A stretch of DNA of 64,000 nt from Callorhinchus milii. Taxonomy: Eukaryota. The notes beneath the pieces were generated by a model. It saw only the letters and a program-made list of their open reading frames with translations, ran no database searches and was not told where the DNA came from. The first letter of the stretch is position 1, and each line of letters opens with the position of its first letter. Location of the stretch: contig NW_024704757.1 of NCBI RefSeq assembly GCF_018977255.1, positions 12,648,001-12,712,000 of the forward strand. The letters run 5' to 3'. Shown piece after piece: positions 63,751 through 64,000 of the stretch. The position numbers and the translations under genes were made by a program.

Positions 63751-64000
63751 GGAGGGCCAGGCTGACACTAAAAAAAGCACTAGAAAGTGTGTGCATGTGT
63801 TCTAGTACCTTGTGTACTGGAATATTACTGTGATTTATCATTATTAAGTCACTATGTCAGGTAAGTTATACTATTTCAAATCTCGGTAACATTCCAGCCC
63901 ACTGTGGTTCTGAAGCCCAGCATGCTCTGTTTTGTGTACTTTTAAAATGACTTGTTAACTGATCCTTCAATAGACTGTCTTGCGACGTAGGAAACAATCT

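Overview
Vertebrate genomic DNA with compact introns, dense tRNA-derived SINE, L2 and CR1 remnants, and two N-gaps. The repeat content suggests a cartilaginous fish, probably elephant shark (Callorhinchus milii); this is inference only. Reconstructing exons by hand from GT-AG sites, phase continuity and recalled protein motifs gives four minus-strand genes and one partial plus-strand gene. Minus strand: ITPRIPL2 (runs off the left edge), a Notum paralog of the notum2 type (11 coding exons, ~495 aa, Ser-Asp-His triad intact), COQ7 (5 coding exons, ~228 aa) and TMC7 (16 exons, ~745 aa). Plus strand: the 5' part of a gene that is probably TMC5, head-to-head with TMC7. The most unusual observation is in ITPRIPL2, recalled as intronless in mammals: a 459-nt GT-AG intron made almost entirely of two antisense SINE copies and bounded by a CAGGTA direct repeat, a candidate SINE-created intron. 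No prokaryote-type system (CRISPR etc.) is present. Most ORFs in the track are spurious or repeat-derived.
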